Positions 19,801 to 30,678 of a stretch of DNA of 64,000 nt are shown piece by piece. Each line of letters begins with the position of its first letter. Within the stretch, counting starts at the first letter, position 1. A program made the translations under genes and the position numbers. Source of the DNA: Macrostomum lignano. Its lineage: Eukaryota. Location of the stretch: positions 113,148 through 177,147 of the forward strand of contig NIVC01002409.1 in NCBI GenBank assembly GCA_002269645.1, read 5' to 3'. The notes under the pieces are model-generated. The model searched no databases. It was not told the origin of the DNA and saw only the letters and a list, made by a program, of their open reading frames with translations.

Positions 19801-22800
19801 CATTGACATCTCAGCAATTCCCCCATCAGCATTGACATCTCAGCAATTCCCCCATCAGCATTGACATCTCAGCAATTCCCCCATCAGCATTGACATCTCA
19901 GCAATTCCTCCATCCCATCAGCTTGAAATCTCAGCAATTCCCCCATTCCATCAACATTGACATCTCAGCAATTCACCCATTCCATCAGCCTTGACATCTC
20001 AGCCATTCCCCTTCCCCCATCAGCATTGAAATCTCAGCAATTCCCCCATTCCATCAGCATTGAAATCTCAGCAATTCCCCCATTCCATCAGCATTGACAT
20101 CTCAGCAATTCCCCCATTCCATCAGCATTGACATCTCAGCAATTCCCCCATCAGCATTGAAATCTCAGCAATTCCCCCATTCCATCAGCATTGACATCTC
20201 AGCAATTCCCCCATTATATCAGCATTGACATCTCAGCAATTCCCCCATTCCATCAGCATTGACATCTCAGCAATTCCCCCATCAGCATTGAAATCTCAGC
20301 AATTCCCCCATTCCATCAGCATTGACATCTCAGCAATTCCCCCCATCAGCATTGAAATCTCAGCAATTCCCCCATTCCATCAGCATTGACATCTCAGCAA
20401 TTCCCCCATCAGCATTGAAATCTCAGCAATTCCCCCATTCCATCAGCATTGACATCTCAGCAATTCCCCATTCCATCAGCATTGACATCTCAGCAATTCC
20501 CCATCAGCATTGAAATCTCAGCAATTCCCCCATTCCATCAGCATTGACATCTCAGCAATTCCCCCATTATATCAGCATTGACATCTCAGCAATTCCCCCA
20601 TTCCATCAGCATTGACATCTCAGCAATTCCCCCATCAGCATTGAAATCTCAGCAATTCCCCCATTCCATCAGCATTGACATCTCAGCAATTCCCCCCATC
20701 AGCATTGAAATCTCAGCAATTCCCCCATTCCATCAGCATTGACATCTCAGCAAAAATCTTCAAAATCTTCAACAAAAATGCGATGTCTTGGCCAATGGCC
20801 AAATGATAAGTTTTTGGCCAAAAATGCAACTTACACATGTAAAAAACCCTAAAGCAAAATTAACGCAACTTTGGGTAAGCAGCAGGAGTAACTATGACTG
20901 TCTTATTATGACAATATGCATTATCAGCTACTTAGTACTACTACTAGGGTATTTTTTCGGGTGGGCATTTTTGCAACCTCCTTGGTTGGCCGCTAAATCA
21001 ATTGGCCAGATCGGCCAACTTGGCTGACTGCTGCGCATGTATGTCAGCAAAAATGTTTTTTTTTACTTTAAAGGAAAGGGAATAGAAGATTAGAGATGAG
21101 CAAACAAAGAAGAGGCGAAAGATATGATAAGAGAAAAGATAGAAGAGGAGAGAACAGCTGAGTGAGAATGAGGAGAGATGAAAGAGAAGAGGAAATGAGA
21201 GGAGAGAGGAGATGATAGATGATATCAGAAAAGAGAAGGAACAGGAAAGAAGAGAGAAGACATAAAAGAGCAGCGAGAAGAGGAGAAAGGAGAGGAAAGA
21301 GTAGATGAAAGGAGGATAAAGAGGATATGAGAGGAAAGAAAAGAGATGAGAGAGTAGAAAAGAGAGGAGATGGAAAAGAGAAAAGATTAGAGATCAGAGA
21401 GAGGAGATTAGATAAGAGAGTAGAGTTGAGAGACAAGAGGAGAGCTGATGGGAGTGTAGAAAAGAGATACAATAGAAAAGGGATGAGAGAAAAGAAAAGA
21501 GGAGAGAGATAAAAGTTTGAAGAGAGAAGAGAAGTTTCTGTTAAAATGTCTTCAACTCTTAATTTAACATGTACTCCCATTTTTGTTTGCCTTTTTCCTA
21601 ACTATCAACAAGTTTTTGTTTGAGCATGACTTAAAAATCTGCATGTTTTAATAGCTTGTATCTTTACTAGATTCATATTCTGCTTCTGATGAGCCATTTG
21701 AATCAGGGCTCTTATCTTTTAGGCCAAATTGTCTAGCAAGTGGAATTATTGATTCTTATATATGAGGTTAAGAATAAGTCTTGATTTGATAAATTATTTA
21801 CATATATATTTCATTTATTCTGAGGGTTAAATGAACTATATAAATAAAGTCACAGACAATAATTTTTTACTTTAATACTAAAATAAAAAGTCCGCAGCTA
21901 TGCATTTTGTTAAAACACTTGAAAAACCTATTGATTTTAAATTGAATAAAATTCATTATAAAATAATATATTAGAGGTTATAAAGTAATTAGACTATTGA
22001 AATATCAAGCAGCAACTATTTCTTTATTTTGATAAATTGATATATTTTAAAGAATTCCACTAACTAATTAATGGATTATATTATATGGACTTGGACCCAA
22101 ACCAATATCCAATTTAAAACTTTTTATTAATTTTAACACATTAAATTTCAAGTTTAAGTAGGCCTACCAGTGTTGGGCACCATTAATGAAAATCTTAACT
22201 TCCGTTAATAGCAAAAGCGTTAGCATTAAAACAAAAAATCTTAACTTTTTAACTCCTAAGTTTGTTAAGTTAACTGAAAGTTAATTGATAATCATTAATA
22301 AGTGTTAATCCGTTACAGTTAACACAGAAAGTACAGAAATCTTGCACATTTTTTCCAAAACAGACTTCGTATTACACATCTTTGCTATTCCATCTTTTTA
22401 GCGAAACACAGAGGTCATCTAAGCGATTTGAAAGCTAAAAAATAATAAATAATCATTTTAAAAAAATTGCATGCATAATACTACTAAAAGTAAAGCATAT
22501 GGTAAAAAAATAACTTATTTTATTTGAAACTTCAAAGCTAATAGCGAGAAATTCATAATTAAATATGCATAGGAAGGTTGTTTCAGTACTATTAGCAGGC
22601 GTAGCAGAAGGTTGCGAAAGATTGGGACAGAAGTGAATCAAAGCGATCGATGCTCACACGCAAGAAATAAAGTTTCACACTATTTTAATTCATTATTTTA
22701 AAGTTTATTTGTAAGAAGTTGTTAATTACATGTACATCTGTATGATCATTGTCATAAATAAAGAGATTATATTTAGGCATATAGGCAAGCTCAAATACAT

Positions 22801-23848
22801 TTGTAATGTTTAAACTTTTTGTAAGACTTCTATTTTTCGTTCTTTCTTTGCGTCTTTGGTCTTCAAAATTTTTAACGCAAATTTGTTAATCCATTAGTTC
22901 AAAAAAATCTTAACAACAGTCTATTAACATTAATGAAAAATCTTAACGCTTATTAACGTTTATTAACAGATTACTGCTTATTAACGGACTAGTGCCCAAC
23001 ACTGAGGCCTACATAAAATGGGTACTCCAGTCTGTAAATTAGCAAATATCAAAATGGCATTAGTCTGGGTCCACATCCAAGTCCATAAATTAGTTATAAA
23101 GGAAAATTCACTGAAATGGCCTAACATTGTCAGTTGTCACCAAAGTGACAATTGCAAAATTGTTTTGTCACCAAAATTTCCATTGCTAAAGTGACAAGTA
23201 GCCATCTACCTATAGTACTAATTAGATAATAAAACATGTAGCCTTCAAAATATTGTTATAGATTAGTAATTCCTGCTATTTATCCAACAATATATTTATT
23301 TTGCTTTGCTTTCTTTTTTTAGTAAGTTGAATTTTTGGCTGAAATTGACTATAACAAACAATTAGATATTGAACAATTAATTTGTTTATATGTTTTATAT
23401 TTTAGACCTCTAAAACTAAAATTAAAAAAGGAATCAAATTCAAGAGAAAAAAACTTAAAAATTGATTCTATAGGATAGGCCTAAAGCATAAGAAGGCCTA
23501 TAAGCATAAAACAAATAATTGTTATTTCCATTATTTAATATTTAAAACAAAACATCATTCATTGATCCATTTGAAATTTAATAAGGTTTGTCAGGAAATA
23601 GGCCTAAACTCTAGATTTTTTATACATACCAACTATTATCAATACAAAATTACACAGCAAAAATGCTTAAATGTATCTCTGTAGTAGTTTCAATTTCTGA
23701 TAGTTTTATATCTTATAAAGGAACATAAGGAAAGGAATAAGGAATAAGAAATAAAGGAATATAAAGGAACAATATTACACATACACCTACCTTGAATGCA
23801 AACGATAACAATCATTAGCAAAGAAAGAGCTACAATAGAGCACTTCAT
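16807..23848 (-). CDS. ATP6AP2: (Pro)renin receptor / V-ATPase accessory protein 2, 343 aa, 4 exons
   Basis: Exons 23848-23791 (MKCSIVALSLLMIVIVCIQ, donor GTAGGT), 19045-18924 (ALGNQLTVVNVPSGVKL..LFGLDE), 18257-17940 (..SFFRRPSLLAIIAF..), 17340-16807. Total 1032 nt, phases compatible. C-terminus LADNYKSDFPVMFNLILW..WNIDPGKDSIIYRR matches the family TM and tail (human ..VVFNMVLW..WNMDPGYDSIIYRM); RVGR occupies the furin-site position. Exon 1 assignment is less certain than the rest. Confidence 0.88.
17416..17812. repeat. 27-bp minisatellite in ATP6AP2 intron 3
   Basis: Unit CATCACTGAAACCCACACCTGACAGCC. Confidence 0.93.
18286..18849. repeat. 28-bp minisatellite in ATP6AP2 intron 2
   Basis: Unit CAGCAACTGAGGATCTGGGAGGCTGGCC, about 20 copies. 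Confidence 0.95.
19260..20752. repeat. Compound 34/29-bp satellite in ATP6AP2 intron 1
   Basis: Units GACATCTCAGCAATTCCCCCATTCCATCAGCATT and a 5-bp-shorter variant, alternating. Confidence 0.96.
21075..21535. repeat. Purine-rich (AG) low-complexity tract
   Basis: Direct. Confidence 0.9.
22168..23004. mobile_element. Non-autonomous hAT-type element (837 bp) with a perfect 8-bp TSD
   Basis: TIR CAGTGTTGGGCAC / GTGCCCAACACTG; TSD AGGCCTAC at 22160-22167 and 23005-23012; TTAAC subterminal repeats. An 8-bp TSD with CAG termini is the established hAT signature. Confidence 0.88.
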
Positions 23849-24212
23849 CTTTTATTATATCTATTTAACGTTTAGAGGCAACAAAAAGTTGCAAATTTAA
23901 TTCTGTGCTTTACAATGAAGAAGGCACAGACAAAATATACTAATTTTGGGTGGGTAGATAGATTATAAACGAATATGATCATGCAATATTGACTAGTAAT
24001 AAATATATTTTTAACATTTGAATTATTTTTTGTTTTAAACAAAATTTTTTACTTTGATTATAAAAAACGCATCTAAAATTGTGTATTTTTGGTCAATAAG
24101 TTAATTAAAAGTAAATAACACTAACTAGCAGTTAATAAAGTAAAGTTTTTATAACATTAAGCACGAACACTTTTAACTTTAATTAGGGCTTTCATTTTTC
24201 GACCTAAAAAAC

Positions 24213-25059
24213 GGTATCCACGCTTTTCGGTGCCTGTGCTTTTCGGTGCCCGTCATTTCGGTGCCCCAGCTTGCTTTTCGGTGCCCAAATTATACATTAG
24301 AATTGGACACAAAATATAGAGATTGAGCTCTAATTTAGCAGTAAGTGCTTTGTCTTTGCGGTACTTATTTACTTAAAAAAATAAAGTATTATTCATTTAG
24401 TTAAGCTGACCTGCTGTTTTAATGAATTCAAAATATGGTTTTCGATTAGGCCTACTCGATTCGATTTACTTCCATGTCGCTATAGCCGCGCGTCTCAGCC
24501 GCGTCAAAATTTTAAACTAATGCCCCAAATGCGCTTGTAATAAAATCTTATAGATTTAGATTATGGTCCAATAGTTATGCCCAAAAAGATTTCAGTTCAT
24601 TAAATAATACTCGCTTCATTTCCTAGGCAGTTTTATGAAGTAAAACATGATCGGGTGATTCAAAAAATCAATACTAACTAAAATACATGTAGACTTGTCA
24701 CATTTCATAATTTCGATCAAAACTATATATAGCATTGTTGATGGATTTTAACTTTACTAACTAAGTCTTCATAGCACTAGCACGCTTGCTGAGTGCAGCC
24801 AGCTTATATTGTATATACAGGATACAGCAACTGTGCAATTAAATTGAACAGATTTTTCCAATTTAAAAAAAACATGCCAGTTTAACAAAATTAATACTGC
24901 TTTTATTAAAAATATCAAACATTTTGTAAAGTATTTATTATATTATAGGTTTTTTAGTATCATCATTTTGGCGTAATATAAACTGGGGCACCGAAAGGCA
25001 ATCTGGGGCACCGAAATGCCAGGCACCGAAAAGCACAGGCACTGAAATGCATGGAAACC
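24213..25059. mobile_element. Non-autonomous TIR element (847 bp) with about 85-bp arms built of TTTCGGTGCC repeats
   Basis: Left arm GGTATCCACGCTTTTCGGTGCCTGTGC.. aligns to the reverse complement of the right arm; AAAAAAC flanks both sides (24206-24212, 25060-25066). Confidence 0.78.
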
Positions 25060-26335
25060 AAAAAACAGCCTGTTTCACTGATGTTAAGAATGGTATGATG
25101 TGAACGAGCCTTTAATCCTAACTTCAACACGACTGCTTGAATCACTCTGTTATTTAATGAATCATGAACAAGTCAGATATACTGAGAATTAGCAAATAAA
25201 ATACAAACTAGAATAAAGTTGAAATTTTTCACAAGGGGGCCTAGTGCCCTAATGCCAATTGCTAAAAAAACTTACATATTAGTCTTACTACTAACAATAA
25301 TAAAAAAATTAATATTATGTCTATGCATTTTTGATTCAGTCACTGAGAAACCTAAAAAAATAGTATTAAGTTTTTATAGAATAGTTCTTAAATGCAAAAA
25401 TAATTGCAATAATCAAAGTTTTCACTTTTTAAACTTTCCTTGTCCTCCTTAATGTTATCAATGATCTACACTCAGAAAGTTTATTAGAATTTTCAATATA
25501 CCATTAGATATTTTAGCCATTTGTGTATTCTAGTGCTCATGCTCATTGGCATAGAGAGGGGGGATAGGGGATGTACCCCCAAAGAGCCTGACCAAAACCT
25601 ATTTGTTGCCCTTTGTTGCTATATATGCTACCATATGACTCTGTCATAGCATTTTTACTTTGGTATGTATATCCCCCTGTAGGAAATTCCTGGCTATGCT
25701 CTTGCCAAAGCTACAAGGTTTGTCCTCAAGAAAAATCCAAATTCAAGCTATAACACAGTTTTGAATTATGTGACATACTCATGGACAAACACAAACCTTG
25801 GAAGGATTGGATGTTTTGTTTCTAGCCCAAACAGTGCTTGTTTTTTTCTATCTAAATTTATTTTGCTGTTGATACCTAATTTAGTTTGTTTGTTGAATTT
25901 TAACTGGCTCTTATTTATAGTAGTTTTTTGCTTATCAATTAAAGCAAAGATAATATGTGTGTAGAATATATAAAATATACAAAATATTTCTAAAATTTAT
26001 ACAGTATATTGTATAATAAAATGGCCAAGCTTCGAAATCATACAGTTCTAAAAAAAGTTGTATATTAAAAATGAAGCCTAATTCTAATATGTTATTATTG
26101 GAACTAAGCATTTGTAACTAGTGCTTAAAATTTTGAAATTTGATTTTTAAAAATGGTTTAGATAATGCATCAAGACCTTTGTAATTTCTATCAGTATTTT
26201 CTTGACTAAGCTATATCTAACTATAATTTAAGTTGTTTCAATTGGTGATTGCATTTAAAGATTTGTGTTTGATACTTTTAATGTTTAGTAAGTAGGTATT
26301 ATAAAGGCAGTGATTATTTAGTTAGTACCAGTCAA

Positions 26336-26525
26336 ATAGGGAATACAAAATCCCAAGTTTTGCTAATCCAAGATTTTTGGGATCAGGATATCCCAGACTT
26401 AAAAAATTCTAGGATTCTTGGGATCGGGATATCCTAGACCTTGCCAATCCTGGGATCCTGGCACAAATTAATAATAAAGTAGAATAGAACAAAATATTCT
26501 GGGATCCTAGGATTGTATTCCCTAT
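26336..26525. mobile_element. 190-bp MITE
   Basis: Ends ATAGGGAATACAA / TTGTATTCCCTAT; CAGTCAA direct repeat on both flanks (26329-26335, 26526-26532); internal GGGAT/ATCC repeats. Confidence 0.75.
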
Positions 26526-26639
26526 CAGTCAAATAAGTTTGCTACTATTTAGCTGGCACTAATAAAATAAGCTTGTTACTATTTAGCTGCAGTGGTCCTC
26601 CACTACTGGTCAAATGAGCTCATCACTATTTAGCTGGCA

Positions 26640-26890
26640 GAAAGAGTAGAGAAGAGGGGAGAGTATAGAGAAGAGAGTGAAGCAAGAAAAGAGAAGAAGG
26701 GAAAGAAGAGAGAGATGAGAAAAGAGATGACAGAGTAGAGAAAAGAGATAATAGGAGACAGAAGAGATGAGAGGGAAGAGTAAGGAGGAGAGATGAGAGA
26801 GAAAAGACAAAGTAGAGAGGAGAGAGTAGAGATGAGAGTGCAGAGATGAGAGATGATATATGATAGATAAGAGAGTAGCAATAAGAGAGG
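26640..26890. repeat. Purine-rich (AG) low-complexity tract
   Basis: Direct. Confidence 0.88.
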
Positions 26891-27422
26891 TCAAGAGATA
26901 ATAATTAATCACTTGTCATTGCAACCGTCACAATCATCCTCTTTCATTGCTTTAATAATGTACTTGACCTGAAGGCAGCTCATTTATGGCCTCAGTAGAC
27001 AGTGTGGAATTCTTTAGCTAGTCAGCATAGAGTAGAACATTTGTATCTATCTGCTATTCAATCATGCTTGGGCGCAACTTTGGGATTCACTCGGCCATTT
27101 CTATTGGCAACACACACATGTAAGTTGCTATTGGACAGAATAGTAGTCAGACTGCTCTTAGCCAATAGTGACTTACATGTGTGTGTTGCCAATAGAAACA
27201 GCCGGGTGATTCCCAAGGTTGCGCATGTGTGTATTCAATGCTGACCTGCTAAAATTATTCATAACCTTGTGTCTACTATCAACATCTATTGCTGCTGTCA
27301 CAATGTAAACTAAAGAACATTGCATAGTTAACTCATCTTGGCAGTACTGTTATAGGCAACTGATAGTAAAGACTTGTTGGTTTGCTTTTCTGAAGCATCC
27401 ATAGCTATAGCTATTCCAGCTA

Positions 27423-30400
27423 ATGCCAAGCATGTCAACATTTCAAGCAAATTCATTGCAGACTGTAGCGCAGAGTGCCAAGCATGTAGCACAGAAACCA
27501 TCTGAAAAGACAGAAAGGCTGGTTAAAGATTGGTTAAAGGCCTCGCTACTCGATGAGTGTGATTCTTCCACTCCATTGACCATTAGCAAACCGAAGTCCT
27601 TCGATCATCATGCCACCAAAGGACTGGCTTCGAAAAAAAAGTGTAAGAGCTGGAAAGGTACTAAAAAAATCCAGGTCATCAATTCAAAAAAAGATTTGCT
27701 TAACCAGAATTTTTAAGCAACAATCCAAAAGGATGCAACTGGTGGACTTTAAACGTCAGCGTCAGTGTATAAATAAACAACGAGACTTAACGCGGTTAAT
27801 CCACCCAACTGCTAAATCAGGTCAAAATCAACTAGCACGGGCACGGAGCCATTGTTCTGCATCAACTGTCCAAGCAAAGTTAAGCGCCCTGGATCCCATT
27901 GTAGCCGCTTCTTTCGATCCTGATGGAATACCAACAGTTGACCATGTTGGAAGGACTTCTTTGCACATTGCTATGGGGTCTTTGCACAAGTCAACACTGG
28001 AATTTACAATTGAAGTATTCAAAGAACGAAACATGCTGGCGTGTCGTGATAATGCTAATTTTACTCCGCTGCACATGGCTTGCTCCATTGGAAACTATGA
28101 AGCTGCAAAGCTATTGCTTAGAGCAGGTGCTTCACCAAATGAGTATGGGGGAGATAACAGTACAACTCCTCTTTACGAAGCCGTTTGCAAGGCACATCTA
28201 AATATTGTAAAGCTTCTGGTTGAGTTCGGCACAGACATTGCAGCAAAGGACAAAGCCGGAAAATCTATTGTTGAAATTGAAACTTCCACCGAAGTCCGTG
28301 ATTATATTCGATGTGTGTTGGCTGATAATGCCACTGGTAGTGCTACTGAATCAGGGGCCTACACGCCTATAGTTGGCGAAAAAAGACTACCGACTATTTA
28401 TGTTCTCAACTCAGTTAATTCGATGGATACCAGGCCTTTTATGTTACTTTCGGAGTTGTGCACTTCTTTGAATCTGTCAGAGAATTGCTTCAAACGAATT
28501 TATCAACAGAGCCTCGACTTCGTGACAATGGACAACGAATCAATCGCTAGTCGTATTATCAATCCATTTCTAAGAGACTCGTTTGAAAGATCTTCTGTCA
28601 GTGTCTCTAGCTGCCTTGTTGAAGTGAATTCATTTCTGAGAGATTTGCTTGGAAATACTAGCAAAAATTACGACTCTGGGTCTCAGGATATCGATGCGCC
28701 AGAGAAAGCGCAATCTTACGACTCGGAAGAAACAGTCGAAATGGTCTTCAATAGTTTTCGCAGCGAGCACGAGATTGAAATGCGCTCAGACGACATGAAG
28801 CGTCTTAAATTCTCAATTCAGAACAATGAATCGCATGGAAACTCACATTCAGACATCCCGTCTCAAAATCACCTTGATAGCAGCACTTCAAAAACTATAT
28901 TTCGACACAACCCACTCAGTGGTCAAGTATTGCTACCTGGTTTTATCTCCGCCTCTTGCCACTCATCGACAGGTCATCATATTGATGCCTTGCCTAATGT
29001 TGACCTAGATCTGGACGCTGATGAGGAAATCAGAGTGCCACCTAAAGTCTTGAAATCCTCAAAGCAGAAGTCACATCCATTACTTTCTTCATCTAGCAGC
29101 AGAATACCCGACGTAGTTGGCGCACCTAAGTCACTTGTATCTCTTGTGCCTGCTACTCCGCCTTGTGACTTGCTACTGCCTAACTCGTCTTTAACTCCGG
29201 AAAATGATTCTGCTATGGTTCGACCGTCGGATGATATCTCTGCGTCTCTTGGTATGTAGTTTCTTTTAACTAACGGCTGTTTATAAAAAAGTATTCATAG
29301 CATAAAAATACAACACATTTCTATTTTCTTGTTTCTAGCTCCGCATGTTATAGAAGCTGCAGATTTGTCAAGCAAGCAAGACGCCATTCCATTCGTTTTT
29401 ACACGGGGCCATTCATCATCAGCGTGCTGTGTTCAAGGTCAGTTGTTACTGGCGTATTGTTGCCTCTTCGAACATATTTGGAATATTGTCTAGTTTGGAT
29501 CAGTAAAACTAATTAAAATCCTAAAATCAACTCAGAAGTAAAGGCTCTAGTCTACACACTATAGTGTTCCATAGATGATTAAATGAAAGTATTAAAATAA
29601 ATATGTGCTCCGAAGTTCAGCTTCGTCTTCATATTTTTTAGAAGCAGCGCTTGCACCAGAGTCTATCCCAGGTTATCCTGATGACCAGTGTGTCCGCCAA
29701 TCGGCTTCTTCAATCAGTTCAGGTATGAAAGCATTTTACACAAGTGCTACGTGTATGCTTTAATAAAAGGTGCTTGAGCTGTGGGTAGGTTTCTACCCTC
29801 AGATGGCATTAAACTACTGACGCTGACATACCCACCGCTTCACCGCATGTCCATCCTAAAACTGTGCACAGCCTCGCCAGGCCACTGCAGAGGCTTGTCA
29901 AGATTCTTGCTCGGGATATTCTGCGGAGCCTCATCTTGGAGATGCTGCATAGAGTTGCTGCCATGTTGCTTGTCCAGGGAGGCCATTCTCGTTTAGTATT
30001 CGAGTTTTTAAACGAATAAAACCTATCTTGATTCATTCACCCTCCCATATTTATTTGCTCTCGTATCTGACTAAGGTGTAAGTTGCATCGTTTTCCGAGG
30101 TTGAAATGTAAAGGCTCGTTCGGGAGGGCCGTAGCCTAGTAGTCCAGCGGCCGAGGCTCGATTCCAAGTGCAGCCACATTTATTTGGGGATAATTTGAAT
30201 CTTGGCTTGGCTCTGCCTGGAGGGCCGACCCCCAAGGCACAGTAAAGTGTACATGCCTAACGATAAATATAAAGTTTGGGTCGCTGTACACTCCTGTGTG
30301 AATGTGTGCCTGTGCGTATGAATGCGTCAATGTCGCTTAAAGTGCGTCAGGGTGTACACAGCCCCCTGCCTCCAACAACAAACGACAAAGGCTCGTTATA

Positions 30401-30678
30401 ATAAAATGTGACAGATATTTGCGTGACCAAACGGCTTGTACATATCAGTGATTTATTGATGCTCAGAGTTGGAAATGTTGAATGTTGTTCTCAGTATAAA
30501 TGGAATTCTAATTTTAGATGGCTTTTCTACCGCTGCCAACCGAGAAAGCACGAAGGCGAACCGGAAAACAAAGTTTGCCTTCGACTTAAAACGCCGTCAT
30601 CCCGGAGACATTTATGCGGTCACTGGAGTGAAGGCTGGTTCAGCATTTAGCATGCTTGATGTGCGCAACATCGAGTGA
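27423..30678 (+). CDS. Ankyrin-repeat protein with a BCOR/BCORL1-type PUFD-like domain; apparent 1-nt frameshift near 27710
   Basis: ORF 27610-29259 has three ankyrin repeats (GRTSLHIA, RDNANFTPLHMACSIG, TTPLYEAVCKAH..GKSI) followed by LPTIYVL..RPFMLLSELCTSLNLSENCF..FVTMD..LVEVNSFLRDLLG, which recalls the BCOR PUFD pattern (LPCYNIQ..WLLLSDVLKKLKMS..F..IVTI..LVEFTNEIQTLLG). Phase-compatible downstream exons 29339-29437, 29642-29722 and probably 30518-30678. Upstream ORF 27423-27716 joins if one T is removed from AATTTTTAAG. True start uncertain. Confidence 0.62.
30122..30360 (+). mobile_element. Candidate tRNA-derived SINE head and body
   Basis: A-box-like TAGCCTAGTAG and B-box-like GGCTCGATTCC too close together for a real tRNA (no anticodon arm), followed by unique body sequence. 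No TSD identified. Confidence 0.35.

Noticed and set aside
25545-25710. Possible small MITE (GGCATAG..CTATGCTC)
   Set aside because: Ends too degenerate and no TSD.
29781-30030. Alternative exon of the ankyrin gene
   Set aside because: The phase-compatible frame gives an odd Cys-rich tail and the more protein-like frame has no matching acceptor; unresolved.
30122-30180. tRNA gene (also a B-box GGTTCAATTCC on the - strand near 41870)
   Set aside because: No anticodon arm or cloverleaf; at best SINE-derived.
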